DNA of 64,000 bases from Planctomycetota bacterium (GCA_965223265.1 OZ244999.1:2016001-2080000), one strand, 5' to 3'; numbered from the stretch's first letter, positions 8,673 to 19,370 are shown. Notes: generated by a model not told the origin, from the sequence alone. Numbers and translations: made by a program.

Positions 8673-10526
8673 CTACAACGTTGGAAGCTCTGACTCGAGC
8701 TTAAACCGCCGCATGGCCTCGGGGTAGTCGAACGTTTGCCTCTCTTGTTTCCACCATTGCGTCCAACGATCGCGGAGCTTCTTCCAGTCGTCGTCGGACA
8801 GCTCGGGATGATAGCCAAAGTACTCTTGGGTCAGATGGTGTAGAGGCCGCATCCACATCGAGATCCCTGAACTCCGGTCGGGTTCAGTGTAACCCAAAAG
8901 TTGGATCAGGCCATCCAAACCGCGCCGGTCACCGCGAATAGCGAGTTGTTCGTAGGCCCACCATCGATAGAACTCGCGGAGCGACTCGTCCTCAGCGAAT
9001 CGCGACCATAAGGAAACAATGTCCTCTCTTTCGGAGTGTTCCAGCGCGCCCATTACGTCGTCAGCACAACGAGAAATCTCTGCGAGCTGTGCCAGGTAAT
9101 CGACGGATCGATCTGACTCCGTGATGGACAGCAGCGCGAGAAGCCTTTCGTTCGGGCATTCGGTTTTCGACTGCCTTCTCAGTTCGTCCGTTGCGGGAAG
9201 AGCTCGTAGAAGGGCGTCTGTGACGTTCTCGGGATCGCGCCGTGCCGCCCGGTTCATGGAAGCAGTCAACTGATCTTCGCAATCGTCGGAGTTCGAAAGG
9301 GCAGCAAACGCCTCGAAATCGAACGTTTCGAGTCTCCGTTCAAGCCACCTCGTTCCCAACTGACTGCCAAGCGTACGAGTCCAGCTGTCCCAATCAGCAT
9401 CTTCGCTGTCGCAGGGAGCGTTCCACGTGATGGCGTTGATCGTCTCTCGAGTTACGTCCAAGGGATCGTTTGAACGTTCGGTCCATGTGTCCTCTTCTTC
9501 CTCGTCTTCGCTTTCGTTTTCTGGCTCGTCCCCGTCCCGCTCGTCGTCGTCCTCCTCCTGCTCCTGCTCCTGCTCCTGCTCCGGGAGCGGTTTCGTCGAA
9601 AACGCGTGATGCCACTCGAGTGCGAGTGTCAGCGCCGATCGTGGCGCCGTCGCATCAAAGATCGCGAGCAGTCGAATCGCGACAGCCCGATTGTGGCCCT
9701 CGAGTTGTTCGACGGCCAGCCGCAGCGTTGGTTCCCATTCCGGCGAGCCAAGGCGATAGAAGGCGTGGGCCATCTCCGGCAGATCTTCGGCCGAAATCCT
9801 GTCTCGGAGTCCCACAAGAAGTTCAACGTCCGAGTCCTCACCAATCTCCCCGAGGACTTCGATCAGGAGGTGCACGCAAGGCGATTCCGCGTTTGCCGCC
9901 TGCAAAGCCTGTCGAACGGCATCTCTGAGGAGAGCTCTGTTTTCCTGCAGAGGAAACCGTGAGAACCCAACCGGTGTACGTCCCTCGAGAACGGGGTCGA
10001 TCCGAGACGACAGGCCATCCAGAACGATTGCCCCAAGACTATCACAGCTCCAATTCGGATCGCTCAATCGTCTTGATAGGAAGGGTAACGCGCTATCGCT
10101 TCCAATCTTGCCAAGTGTTGTCAGCACGCCGACGGTGAACAGCTCGGATTCGGGGTCATTTTTCATCATCGAAGACTCGGCGGCCGCGACGAGCGGAGCG
10201 ACTGCAGGCTCTCCGATCAACGCCAGAATTTCCATCGTCTCTGAGTCGAAGCTGTGAAAGACGTCGCGAATTGGCAGATCTTTCCACAGGTGCGCCACGA
10301 GATGAGAGGCGAATCGGTTTCCATCATTGATCAACGCGGCCTTGGCGTATCGATAACTTCGGTAGTTCGGGTCTTCGAGTCCTCCAGTCCGGTGCCTCAA
10401 ACGTTCAGCCAGACGCTCGAACGCACCGTTCTCTGTGGCGTTTGCGGAGACAGAACAAGACAGACCAGCGAGCGTCGAAAGACACATGACGCTCGGGAAT
10501 AGCACTTTCTTCAGTGCGTTGAACAT
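8673..10526 (-). CDS. Exported HEAT-repeat protein
   Basis: AAGGAG RBS and signal/lipobox-like N-terminus. Repeats LALIGEPAVAPLV, TLGKIGSDSALPFL and VLGEIGEDSDVELL. Acidic EQ/D-E tract. Confidence 0.75.
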   Translation of the reverse strand: MFNALKKVLFPSVMCLSTLAGLSCSVSANATENGAFERLAERLRHRTGGLEDPNYRSYRYAKAALINDGNRFASHLVAHLWKDLPIRDVFHSFDSETMEILALIGEPAVAPLVAAAESSMMKNDPESELFTVGVLTTLGKIGSDSALPFLSRRLSDPNWSCDSLGAIVLDGLSSRIDPVLEGRTPVGFSRFPLQENRALLRDAVRQALQAANAESPCVHLLIEVLGEIGEDSDVELLVGLRDRISAEDLPEMAHAFYRLGSPEWEPTLRLAVEQLEGHNRAVAIRLLAIFDATAPRSALTLALEWHHAFSTKPLPEQEQEQEQEEDDDERDGDEPENESEDEEEEDTWTERSNDPLDVTRETINAITWNAPCDSEDADWDSWTRTLGSQLGTRWLERRLETFDFEAFAALSNSDDCEDQLTASMNRAARRDPENVTDALLRALPATDELRRQSKTECPNERLLALLSITESDRSVDYLAQLAEISRCADDVMGALEHSEREDIVSLWSRFAEDESLREFYRWWAYEQLAIRGDRRGLDGLIQLLGYTEPDRSSGISMWMRPLHHLTQEYFGYHPELSDDDWKKLRDRWTQWWKQERQTFDYPEAMRRFKLESELPTL

Positions 10527-10712
10527 TCGCGGTCTCCTTGAGGAGCGCCCGATTTGCCGTCGTGGTGATCGCAGTGCCCGCAGGAAATCTCTTCGTCGCC
10601 GTTGGCGATCCTCTCCTCCGTCCGCCCCTCTTCTACTACAACCGCCGTTACTGAACCTCAACCGCGAGCGTTCGTTTCGGCTGGCGCGTCGCCCAAACGA
10701 ACTGTTTGTGTC

Positions 10713-12044
10713 TCACCGCGGTCTCGGAGCCCCGACCTCGACCACGAGTGGGGCAAGCATGGACTGCGCGCTCGTCGCGGCACTGACATGCGGTGGGAAC
10801 GGCACGAAGTGGAGCCCGTAGTGCAGGCGTTTCTCCTCCGCCTCAGTTGCCGGTGTGCCGCTTCGATACTCCCTCCACATCGCAAGGTCGCCCGCGCTGC
10901 CGGTCCGGATGCGATCGCTCGTGCTGCGGCCGAACTCATGCAGCCCCGCGGCAACACAGATTTCTTGGTCCATCAAGTGCACCCACCCCTCGGGCGTACC
11001 GAGGGTTCCACTGCCCGGCGAGCCGACCACAAACGGCGCGATTCCGTTCTGTGTACTGCGGAGGACTTGCCACTCGCCTTCGCCATCGCTGTTCGCCACG
11101 AGTTCGAATTGCCACCCCGGTCTCAGGGCCGCGTAGACGAGTGTTGTCGCGCCGAAATCCGCCATTGTCGGCTCGCCCTTGGCTTCGTTCCCAAGCGCCA
11201 GCGCTAGCTGCGTGCCGAGCTGCGCCACTCTGCCGCCGGGATCCTCCACCTGCCAGTTGACCTTCACCCAAGATTTCGTTGCCGGAAACTCCAGGGTCAC
11301 CCGCGACCGTACCCCCTCCAGGCGTCCTTCTCGTTCCTCCTTTTCGAACGTGAGTGCGATGGCAAGACGCCCTCGGCGTGCGACCCGTGCTGCGATCGGC
11401 TCTTCCCGATCGCCGTCGCTGAAGCGAAAGACACGCCCGTCACGGCTCATGAATTGCAGCCCGATGGCGCTGGGCTGCAGGTAGTCGTGCGATGGTGTTT
11501 TGAAGCGCCGCACGACGCCGCTGAGATCCTTTGCAACGGTCCACTCGAGATACGGCGCGTTGGTGATCACAAACGCGTCGTCCGTCTCCTCTAGCTCAAG
11601 TCCGCCTGAGCGCTCCGGCCCTGCCTCTACGCCGGCTCCGTACTTTACCGTCAGAGTCCGCTCTTCGTGCGGCCCCAAACTGATCGGGAAGTCCAGCCAC
11701 CACCGATCGGCGTCGCCGCTTTCTCGCTGTGGGCTAAACTGTGCTGCGATCGGACGCCCGTCGGAAAGTAGGCGAAACGGCGTCGTCGGTGTCACGGCGT
11801 GCGGCACCTTCAACTGCACGTGCACCGGATAACTAAAGCGTCGGATGCCGGCGGTCTCCCGCACGCGCAGCTCGATTTCGTCTCCTTGAGCGACTCCCAT
11901 CGAACACAAAAGAAGGAACATCAGGAGCGGGCGGGCACGCTCAATTCGCAGCTGAGCGCAGTGCTGCGGAAAGATCGCCGCGCGCCACGCGGCTCTCTTC
12001 GTGGTCGGCACGATGGCGTGCGGCAGACTTGGTGCGGTGGACAT
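10713..12044 (-). CDS. Secreted hypothetical beta-rich protein
   Basis: Long ORF with hydrophobic signal LLMFLLLCSMGVAQG. Start uncertain. Confidence 0.7.
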   Translation of the reverse strand: MSTAPSLPHAIVPTTKRAAWRAAIFPQHCAQLRIERARPLLMFLLLCSMGVAQGDEIELRVRETAGIRRFSYPVHVQLKVPHAVTPTTPFRLLSDGRPIAAQFSPQRESGDADRWWLDFPISLGPHEERTLTVKYGAGVEAGPERSGGLELEETDDAFVITNAPYLEWTVAKDLSGVVRRFKTPSHDYLQPSAIGLQFMSRDGRVFRFSDGDREEPIAARVARRGRLAIALTFEKEEREGRLEGVRSRVTLEFPATKSWVKVNWQVEDPGGRVAQLGTQLALALGNEAKGEPTMADFGATTLVYAALRPGWQFELVANSDGEGEWQVLRSTQNGIAPFVVGSPGSGTLGTPEGWVHLMDQEICVAAGLHEFGRSTSDRIRTGSAGDLAMWREYRSGTPATEAEEKRLHYGLHFVPFPPHVSAATSAQSMLAPLVVEVGAPRPR

Positions 12045-12195
12045 GACAGCAAGCTGAAATCCTGGTGGTCGTGAAGAATCTTCGGCGCAGGAAGCCGTGC
12101 GGACGCCGATCTAGCGCCGTAACATTTGAAGCCGTCGGCCGACAGACCCGCCGGCGACGCCGTTGCGATCGCATTGTACCCATGCAGACGTTAAG

Positions 12196-15069
12196 ATGCT
12201 CAGCGACATGGAACAGCGACCAAGCCAACCGCCACCGACGCCACCTGAGTCCACGCATTCGGCGCAGCCGGCCGCCGCGCAGCGCCCGAGACGTCGCCGC
12301 CGGGTCTGGCTCAAACTGGTCTTGGCCTTGGTCATCGCACTTGCGATCGCGATCGCGTTTTTGCCGGCGCTCGCATCCAAGTTCGCCAAGGGTCCGATCG
12401 TCTCCAGTCTCAGCGAACGCCTTCAGGCCCCTGTCGCAGTTGAGAGCTTGGAGCTGTCGTGGGGCGGCGAGCAGCGCGTTCAAGCGGCGGTCATCGGAGC
12501 GCCCAGTGGCTTCCCTCAAAATGAGGAGTTTCTCCGGTTCCGCCATGCGACTCTCCGCAGCGGTCTCTTCGGGCTGCTTTTTGGATCGAGTCCGATCACC
12601 TTGGAGGTGGAAGAGCCGCTAGTCAATATCGTCCGGCGCAGCGACGGCAAGTTCAACTTCGAGGCGTTCATCGCTGCGAGCGACGACCAGGATGGGAGGG
12701 AAAAGGAAACGCGACCCGACGGCGACAAAGAGTCGTCAGAGCCTCCACCGCAGCATCCAGATTCGCAGGACGCGGACTCTTTCGCACGTGACGTCGTATT
12801 CTCGCTCAAGGGAGGCACGGTCGACTATCGCGACGATCATCTCGGCACGACGGCTCGACTCGATGCGATGGAGCTCGCCCTGACGAAAACTGCGCATCAG
12901 ATCAACTGCGTCTTCTCTGCGACGTCGCGCGCTCGTGAAGGCGCTCAGCCCGGCACCGTCAAAGCGCAGTTGGCCGTCGACGACATCGAGTCACTTCGTG
13001 CGCGCGGCGCCGCGGATGTCAGTGGGATCGCCGTCGACGCCTCCGTTCGCAACTTCGATCTGCGTCCGTACCGCGGGCTTCTGGAGAAATTTGCGAGTGT
13101 GAATTCGCCACCGGAGCCGGTAGACCTCACGATCGATGCGTCCAGCGGCCGTGATTTCCTTCGGCTCACCGCCAAGGCGGACGTCGGCTTCGCTACACTC
13201 AACGAACTATCCATACGCCTGCCAACGGGAGTGGGCGACCACTCCGAAGCCGGCGCTGGAGTCGAGCAGACACCTGAAGGCGAGCTGCAGGAACTTGCGA
13301 TCAGCGCCGATTACTCACTTTCCCTGGCGCCGCTGCTCGACTTTCTACGACCCATGCACGCAAGTCTGGCGTCCGCCGAGCTCAGCGGTAGCGCCGCAGG
13401 AAACCTGAAGCTCTCGGCGCCCTATTCTCTGCAGCAGCTTCTGCGCGGTGACAAGCCGGCACTGCGATCAACACTACACTTCGAGGCGCAAGACATCGAG
13501 GCCAGTTGGTCGCCACAAGAGATGTCGGCGCGCGCCGCCGACGCTGCCTCCGAGTCCGAATCTGACTCCGACTCCGTATCCGTGTCTGACTCCGTCTCCG
13601 CCTCTGTATCCGACTCCGCCTCTGTATCCGACTCCGACTCTGTCTCTGCCTCCGCCTCTGTATCCGTATCTGACTCTGCACCTGTATCCGCCACTGCCAC
13701 TGCCTCCGCCTCCACCCCCGAGCCTCCGAAACCAGCGTCGTCATCACCACTGCACGCGCCTCTCCGCTTCGTCGAAAAAAAGATCGTCTGCGATCTCGAA
13801 GCCGACCTCAGCGCCGCGTTCGACAGCATCCACATCTCCAAGCTGAACCTCAGCAGCGACGTCGTCAACCTGAGCGCCAATGGATCGATCCAGCCCGCCG
13901 GCGGTGCGCGAGCGGTCGACCTCCAGGCGGCGGGCTCGCTCCAGCTGGCGACTCTGGCGGCTTCGTTTGCGGAGCGACTTCCCGCCGGATTCAAGATTTC
14001 GCCGGCCACGCGGCTTGCGGTCGATGGTGCTCGGCTCTCTGGAGTGTTGGACCCGGAGAAATGGCGAGAGACCCTCGCAGCGCAGCTCCAGTTGACCCTC
14101 GGCGGCGACGTCAGCTACTACGCTAACAAGGTGAGCGCGCTCAAGAGCGACGTTCAGCTCGAGCGCGGCGCGCTGCATCTGACGGAGACGTCGATCGCCG
14201 CCAACGGCGGCGCGATCACTCTCGAACAGTTCATTCTCGACACCGCGTCGAAGCCGGCGACCTACAAAGCCGCCTTCAGTGCCCGCGATGTCGGGCTGAC
14301 CTATGACATGACTGCGCTTTTGGCCTATGCGTTGCCGTTTCTCTCCCTCGAAAGCCGGGAGAACTCGAACGTCGCCGGGCGCGTGGCCGCGAAGTTGTCG
14401 ATCTCTGGCCGCGGCTTCAGTCTTGAGGACCTGCAGGAGCACCTCACGGGTAGCGGCGAGATCAGTGTCGCGGACGCCACGCTGGCGGGCTCGAAGTTTT
14501 TCGCCGAACTTGGCCGTGCCATCGGTGGGCTGTCCGAGATCTCTGTGTTCAAGGAGTTCGGGTCAAAGTTCGATCTTGCCGGCGGCAAGCTGTCCGCGTC
14601 GCGCGTTGCACTGACTCCGGCGGCTGGCAGCAAGGTGCGCAACCTCGGCCTTACCGGAACCACGTGGTTCGACGGCCGCCTCGACTACGGCGTCGATCTT
14701 GCCGCGCTGCACGAGACCATCGGCGATAAGAAAATACGCCGCATTCTCGAGGATGCGCAGAGCATTCTCGGCGGCAATCTCGCCCCGCTTAAGCTGCGCG
14801 GCACGCTGCAGAAGCCGCAGCTCACCCTTGACGTCGGTGGCAGCACGCGCGGCGGTGGGCTGCTCGATCAACTGCCGGGCATTCTCGGCGATCGAAATGG
14901 TCGCCGGAAGCCGAAGGCCCAGGACACCCAGGACGCCGACAGAGCGCGAACGCCTGAGGGTGAACGTCAAGGCGATGACGCCCTCATCGACGACGTGCGC
15001 GGGCTGATCGATCTCTTCAAGAAGAGGAAGAAGAGGCGCCGAGAGTCGCCGTCGGAGCCCGAGAAGTAG
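12196..15069 (+). CDS. AsmA-like protein with an in-frame Ser-X repeat insertion
   Basis: N-terminal TM anchor, VEEPLVNIVRRSDGKFNFE motif, C-terminal GRLDY and PLKLRGTLQKPQL motifs. Confidence 0.75.
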   Translation: MLSDMEQRPSQPPPTPPESTHSAQPAAAQRPRRRRRVWLKLVLALVIALAIAIAFLPALASKFAKGPIVSSLSERLQAPVAVESLELSWGGEQRVQAAVIGAPSGFPQNEEFLRFRHATLRSGLFGLLFGSSPITLEVEEPLVNIVRRSDGKFNFEAFIAASDDQDGREKETRPDGDKESSEPPPQHPDSQDADSFARDVVFSLKGGTVDYRDDHLGTTARLDAMELALTKTAHQINCVFSATSRAREGAQPGTVKAQLAVDDIESLRARGAADVSGIAVDASVRNFDLRPYRGLLEKFASVNSPPEPVDLTIDASSGRDFLRLTAKADVGFATLNELSIRLPTGVGDHSEAGAGVEQTPEGELQELAISADYSLSLAPLLDFLRPMHASLASAELSGSAAGNLKLSAPYSLQQLLRGDKPALRSTLHFEAQDIEASWSPQEMSARAADAASESESDSDSVSVSDSVSASVSDSASVSDSDSVSASASVSVSDSAPVSATATASASTPEPPKPASSSPLHAPLRFVEKKIVCDLEADLSAAFDSIHISKLNLSSDVVNLSANGSIQPAGGARAVDLQAAGSLQLATLAASFAERLPAGFKISPATRLAVDGARLSGVLDPEKWRETLAAQLQLTLGGDVSYYANKVSALKSDVQLERGALHLTETSIAANGGAITLEQFILDTASKPATYKAAFSARDVGLTYDMTALLAYALPFLSLESRENSNVAGRVAAKLSISGRGFSLEDLQEHLTGSGEISVADATLAGSKFFAELGRAIGGLSEISVFKEFGSKFDLAGGKLSASRVALTPAAGSKVRNLGLTGTTWFDGRLDYGVDLAALHETIGDKKIRRILEDAQSILGGNLAPLKLRGTLQKPQLTLDVGGSTRGGGLLDQLPGILGDRNGRRKPKAQDTQDADRARTPEGERQGDDALIDDVRGLIDLFKKRKKRRRESPSEPEK
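13549..13714 (+). repeat. (TCYGNN)n hexamer tract inside the AsmA-like CDS
   Basis: tccgag tccgaa tctgac tccgac tccgta tccgtg... encoding SESESDSDSVSVSDSVSASVSD... Confidence 0.9.
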
Positions 15070-15227
15070 TTCTTCACTCCGATAGCCCACGACTGCCGAT
15101 TGTGGTAAGTTGAAATCTGCGGGCCTGGTCCGCAACGACCGAGCAGCAGATCGAGGAGTTTGCGTGTCGACGGCCGATGCCTCGCCGTGTTCTCGCTCTG
15201 AGGTCAAAGGGCGCGCGGAGAGAACGA

Positions 15228-17969
15228 GTGAAGCCCGATTCCTTTCGTCGCATGAGCGAGTTGTTCGAGGCGGCTCGACGTCTCGAACCAGAAGCCCGCG
15301 CCGCGTTTCTTGCCGAGGCTTGCGGCGACGACGCCGCGCTGCGCGACGAGGTGGAAAACCTCCTGGCGCGACACTCGTCGTCCGGACTCTTGGGTGAGAC
15401 CGACGTGGAGCAGCGCGGAGCGGATTTGCGCTTCGCGGCGGCCGCAGAACTCGGAGCCGATGCACCTGAGCGCCTCGGACCCTACCGCATCTTGGAGGTC
15501 TTGGGCGAGGGGGGGATGGGGATTGTCTACTACGCCGAGCAGACGTCGCCCGTCCGTCGTCGCGTCGCGGTCAAAGCGATCAAGCTTGGCATGGACACCA
15601 AGGAAGTGTTGGCGCGCTTCGAGGCCGAGCGCCAGGCGCTGGCTCTCATGAACCACCCGAGCATCGCTCAAGTGTACGACGCCGGGCATTCCGGCGATGG
15701 ACGTCCCTACTTCGTCATGGAGTATGTCGCCGGGACTCCGCTGAACACTTACTGCGACCGAAATCGACTCGGTGTTCGCGAGCGGATTGAGCTGATCATT
15801 CAAGTCTGTCATGGCGTCCAGCACGCCCATCACCGCGGCATCCTGCACCGCGACCTTAAGCCGTCCAACGTTCTCGTCGCCGCGCCAGACGATCGTCCCG
15901 TCGCTAAGATCATCGATTTTGGCGTCGCGAAGGCGACCAACCAGCAGTTGACCGAGCGGACGCTCTACACCGAGTTCGGCCGCGCTGTCGGGACGCCGGC
16001 CTACATGAGTCCTGAGATGACCGAGCTCTCCGCCGAGCAGGTGGACCACCGTGCCGACGTCTACTCGATGGGGGTCATACTCTACGAGCTGCTCGTTGGA
16101 CAGTTGCCACACGACTGGGAAACACTGCAAAAGGTCTCCTACGACGAGATGTTGCGACATGTGCGCGACGAGGAACCCGCGACCCCAAGCACGCGGTGGA
16201 CACAGTTCGATCGCAGGCAGACCGAAGAGCTCGCCGCAGCCCGTCAGGCGGACTCGACACAAATCACAAAGCAGCTGCGGGGCGACCTCGACTGGATCAC
16301 AATGCGTGCACTCGAGAAGGACCGTCGGAGGCGTTATCAGACCGCCGCTGAGATGGCTGCAGACCTCACACGCTTCCTTCACGGTGAGCCGGTCGAGGCT
16401 CGTCCTCCGAGTGCTGCGTATCGAGTACGAAAGTTCGTGCGGAGGCATCGGGCGCTAGTCGTTGGAACCGCGGCGGTCTTCATCGCGCTTCTTGCCGGGC
16501 TGATCGTCAGTCTCGTGTTTTTCGTTCGCGCGCATCGGAGCGCCGAAGAGGCGCGGCAGCGCACAGCCCAAGTTCTCCAGCTTTCGGACATTCAGCGATT
16601 GGCTGACTATCGGCGCGAAATGGCAGACCTTTGGCCTGCGCATGCGCGTATGGTGGGAGCGATGGAAAAGTGGCTGGCGAACTCCCGCGCACTGTCCTCG
16701 CGTCTTGCGGACCATCGCCAGCAAGTCGACGAGCTCCGACGTTTGGCCGCGAGCGAGGGCGATCGTTGGCAGTTCGATTCCACGGAGAACCAGTGGTGGC
16801 ACGACAATCTCGCTACGCTAGTCGACGATTTGAGCCAATTCGCAGATCCTGTTCACGGCGCCATCACCGAGGTCGAACGCAGACTCGAATTTGCACGCAC
16901 GATCGAGCAGCGATCGATTTCGGACTACCGGGCCGAGTGGAGCGAAGCGAGGAAGTCGATTGCGGCGGAAGGATCGCCGTATGCGAGGCTCGATCTCGCC
17001 CCGCAGCTCGGGCTCGTGCCGTTGGGACAAGATCCCGTCACGGGGTTTTGGGAGTTTGGGCACCTGCAGACTGGGGCGGTGCCGCGCCGTGGCGACCAAG
17101 GTGAGCTACTGTTGACGCCAGAGACGGGGCTTGTGTTCGTGCTGATCCCTGGCGGTCGCTTTCGCATGGGCGCGGTGGCGGCGGCCGAGCCAAAGCCTGA
17201 GACGAATTCGACCACCGCGAATGGCGCGGACAACATCGATCCCGATGCCGAGATGAAGGAAGGGCCGGTGCATGAAGTGGAGCTGGCTCCGTTCTTTATG
17301 TCGAAATATGAGATGACTCAAGCTCAATGGTTGCGCGTGGCTGGCGGCAACCCGAGCGTCTATGACCTCGAGAAGACCATCGGCTCCAAGAAACACAGCC
17401 CTCTCCATCCGGTCGAGAATGTGAGCTGGAATGAATGCGAGACAATCTTCCACCGGCTCGAATTGCAGCTGCCTACTGAGGCGCAGTGGGAGTACGCCGC
17501 GCGTGCAGGCACCAGCACGGTGTGGTGGACGGGAGACGATCCAGCATCACTTGCTGGCGCGGCCAACCTCGCAGACGCGTACGCACGCGATCACAACGGT
17601 CCACGTAGCTGGATCTACGAGGCTTGGAGCGACGGTTACTTGGCGCACGCGCCTGCGAACAAGTCGAAACCAAATCCCTTCGGTCTTCACGGTATGCTCG
17701 GAAATGTTAAAGAGTGGTGCCGCGATCAACATGGCGATTACGCTCAACCGGTGGCGCCACGAACCGGCGAACGCCAGGCGGAGTCGGACACGCGCATCCT
17801 GCGTGGCGGCAGTTATGACATGAACGCACGTCGAGCTCGCGTGGCTTTCCGAGGGCGTGGCCGACCAGAGCTCCGCAGTCCGAACCTTGGAGTGCGGCCT
17901 GTGCGCGTGATGTTTGTTCCCGGCGACTCGATCGAAACGGAAGCAAGCGCAAACGACATGGAAAACTGA
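15228..17969 (+). CDS. Ser/Thr protein kinase with TM helix and C-terminal FGE-sulfatase (C-type-lectin-fold) domain
   Basis: Kinase motifs LGEGGMGIVY, VAVKAIK, HRDLKPSN, DFG and GTPAYMSPE. FGE motifs LPTEAQWEYAARAG, PNPFGLHGMLGNVKEWC and RILRGGS. Confidence 0.93.
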   Translation: MKPDSFRRMSELFEAARRLEPEARAAFLAEACGDDAALRDEVENLLARHSSSGLLGETDVEQRGADLRFAAAAELGADAPERLGPYRILEVLGEGGMGIVYYAEQTSPVRRRVAVKAIKLGMDTKEVLARFEAERQALALMNHPSIAQVYDAGHSGDGRPYFVMEYVAGTPLNTYCDRNRLGVRERIELIIQVCHGVQHAHHRGILHRDLKPSNVLVAAPDDRPVAKIIDFGVAKATNQQLTERTLYTEFGRAVGTPAYMSPEMTELSAEQVDHRADVYSMGVILYELLVGQLPHDWETLQKVSYDEMLRHVRDEEPATPSTRWTQFDRRQTEELAAARQADSTQITKQLRGDLDWITMRALEKDRRRRYQTAAEMAADLTRFLHGEPVEARPPSAAYRVRKFVRRHRALVVGTAAVFIALLAGLIVSLVFFVRAHRSAEEARQRTAQVLQLSDIQRLADYRREMADLWPAHARMVGAMEKWLANSRALSSRLADHRQQVDELRRLAASEGDRWQFDSTENQWWHDNLATLVDDLSQFADPVHGAITEVERRLEFARTIEQRSISDYRAEWSEARKSIAAEGSPYARLDLAPQLGLVPLGQDPVTGFWEFGHLQTGAVPRRGDQGELLLTPETGLVFVLIPGGRFRMGAVAAAEPKPETNSTTANGADNIDPDAEMKEGPVHEVELAPFFMSKYEMTQAQWLRVAGGNPSVYDLEKTIGSKKHSPLHPVENVSWNECETIFHRLELQLPTEAQWEYAARAGTSTVWWTGDDPASLAGAANLADAYARDHNGPRSWIYEAWSDGYLAHAPANKSKPNPFGLHGMLGNVKEWCRDQHGDYAQPVAPRTGERQAESDTRILRGGSYDMNARRARVAFRGRGRPELRSPNLGVRPVRVMFVPGDSIETEASANDMEN

Positions 17970-17983
17970 GGCTCGGAGTTAAC

Positions 17984-18167
17984 TTAACAGCCCGTTGAAA
18001 AAGTCATTCGGCCGAGAAACCGGCCTCTTCACGCCCAGACGGGCCGCGTCAATACTCGCCGTATACCTTATAGAAGAGGGCTCGGAGATTACCTGCGTTT
18101 GCCGCGGCCGATCTGGACGCGAAGAGACCAGTTTTCGGCTCGAAGCACTTTTTCAACAGGCTGTTAA
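17984..18167. mobile_element. MITE-like element, copy 2
   Basis: TTAACAGCCCGTTGAAAAAG ... CTTTTTCAACAGGCTGTTAA, flanked by stacked TTAA motifs. Confidence 0.85.
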
Positions 18168-18338
18168 GTTAAGTTAAAGGATCTCCACGCGATGCGGATT
18201 TTTCCAATCGGAAGGACTTTTTGGGCGAGCCGTTGAACACGCTGTTGGCTCAGCAGTACCATCGTTGTGGGTGTCGTCCTTCGACGGGCGTTCACCCTAC
18301 TTTCTTTTATCCGAGTGCGTGAAGATCGAGGTACTCCC

Positions 18339-19370
18339 ATGAAGTTCTTGCTGCCGGCATTCGTCCTGGGCGTCGGTTTCGTCTTCCCAGGGAAAATCGT
18401 CGCCGCACCGATCAACTGCGGTGAACCGGTGCCGGTCAGTCTGTTCGGCACAGAGACCACGGAGTTCACGTTCTCCGGCAACGCCGGTGATCGCATCTTA
18501 TTCAATCTACTGCCGGAGGACGGCAGCGCCTCGATCGAAACGCCCGCTGTCGATCTCCTGGCGAGCGTCTCCGGGGACCCAGTCGTTCTCGGCGGACAAG
18601 GACTGTCCGTCGCCGAATTGCCCACCACAGGGGAGTATAAGTTCGTCGCTCGAAACCCATTCCCGGAAGCTGAGTGCTGCGTCGATTCGGAGCTCAATCT
18701 CGACTGGCTAGGTCCGAGTGAGTCGCAGTGCGCGGACGCTGCTCTCACCTTCGGGGAAAATCTTGTCGCCGAAGTAGGGGCGGTCGAGGAGGATCTCTAC
18801 AATTTCGTCGGCAGCGCAGGCGATACGTTTTCGCTCACCGTGACGCGCGAGCCTGAGTCGACGTTTGGCACCACGGTTCAGTACGAGCTCTACGGACCCG
18901 ATGTTGCCGGATCACTCATTCAGGGGACCGTCCCTGTTTCCAACTCGCAATCGACGAGCGTCATGGACGATCTCGACCTTCCGGTGAGCGGGACTTACAC
19001 GCTTCGGATCCGCGTCGCCGAGCCGTTCGAGACGCCTCAGAACGTCGCGTACGTACTTTTCACTCAGCTCACCGCGCCGACCACACTCTTTCAGCGTGGA
19101 GACATCGATTTCAGTGGTGATCACGATATCAGTGACGCGATCAACAGTTTGAACTTTCAGTTCCTCGGCACGTTCGAGCCGCTCTGTCGCGACGCGCTCG
19201 ATCTCAACGACAGCGGCGACATCGACATCTCCGATCCGGTGCTGAGTCTCCTCTTTCTCTTTGTCGGCGGCGTCACGGTCGCGGAGCCTTTTTCTGAGTG
19301 CGGACCGGATACGACGCCAGACGCGCCTGTCGAACTGACGTGCGACTCCTTCCCAATTTGTAACTCGTAG
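18339..19370 (+). CDS. Secreted protein with PPC-like beta domains and a C-terminal dockerin-like domain
   Basis: Signal peptide. Two F.G.AGD...LP..G.Y domains. FQRGDIDFSGDHDISD..C.DALDLNDSGDIDISDP..CGPD..LTC. Confidence 0.85.
   Translation: MKFLLPAFVLGVGFVFPGKIVAAPINCGEPVPVSLFGTETTEFTFSGNAGDRILFNLLPEDGSASIETPAVDLLASVSGDPVVLGGQGLSVAELPTTGEYKFVARNPFPEAECCVDSELNLDWLGPSESQCADAALTFGENLVAEVGAVEEDLYNFVGSAGDTFSLTVTREPESTFGTTVQYELYGPDVAGSLIQGTVPVSNSQSTSVMDDLDLPVSGTYTLRIRVAEPFETPQNVAYVLFTQLTAPTTLFQRGDIDFSGDHDISDAINSLNFQFLGTFEPLCRDALDLNDSGDIDISDPVLSLLFLFVGGVTVAEPFSECGPDTTPDAPVELTCDSFPICNS

Noticed and set aside
9540-9585. (CTCCTG)4 repeat in the HEAT-repeat gene
   Set aside because: A short in-frame acidic linker with a different unit from the dispersed hexamer family. 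Ordinary low complexity.
17780-17915. Diversity-generating retroelement (FGE/CLec target plus Avd-like genes)
   Set aside because: I found no reverse transcriptase and no template repeat differing at adenines in this window. A remote DGR cannot be excluded.
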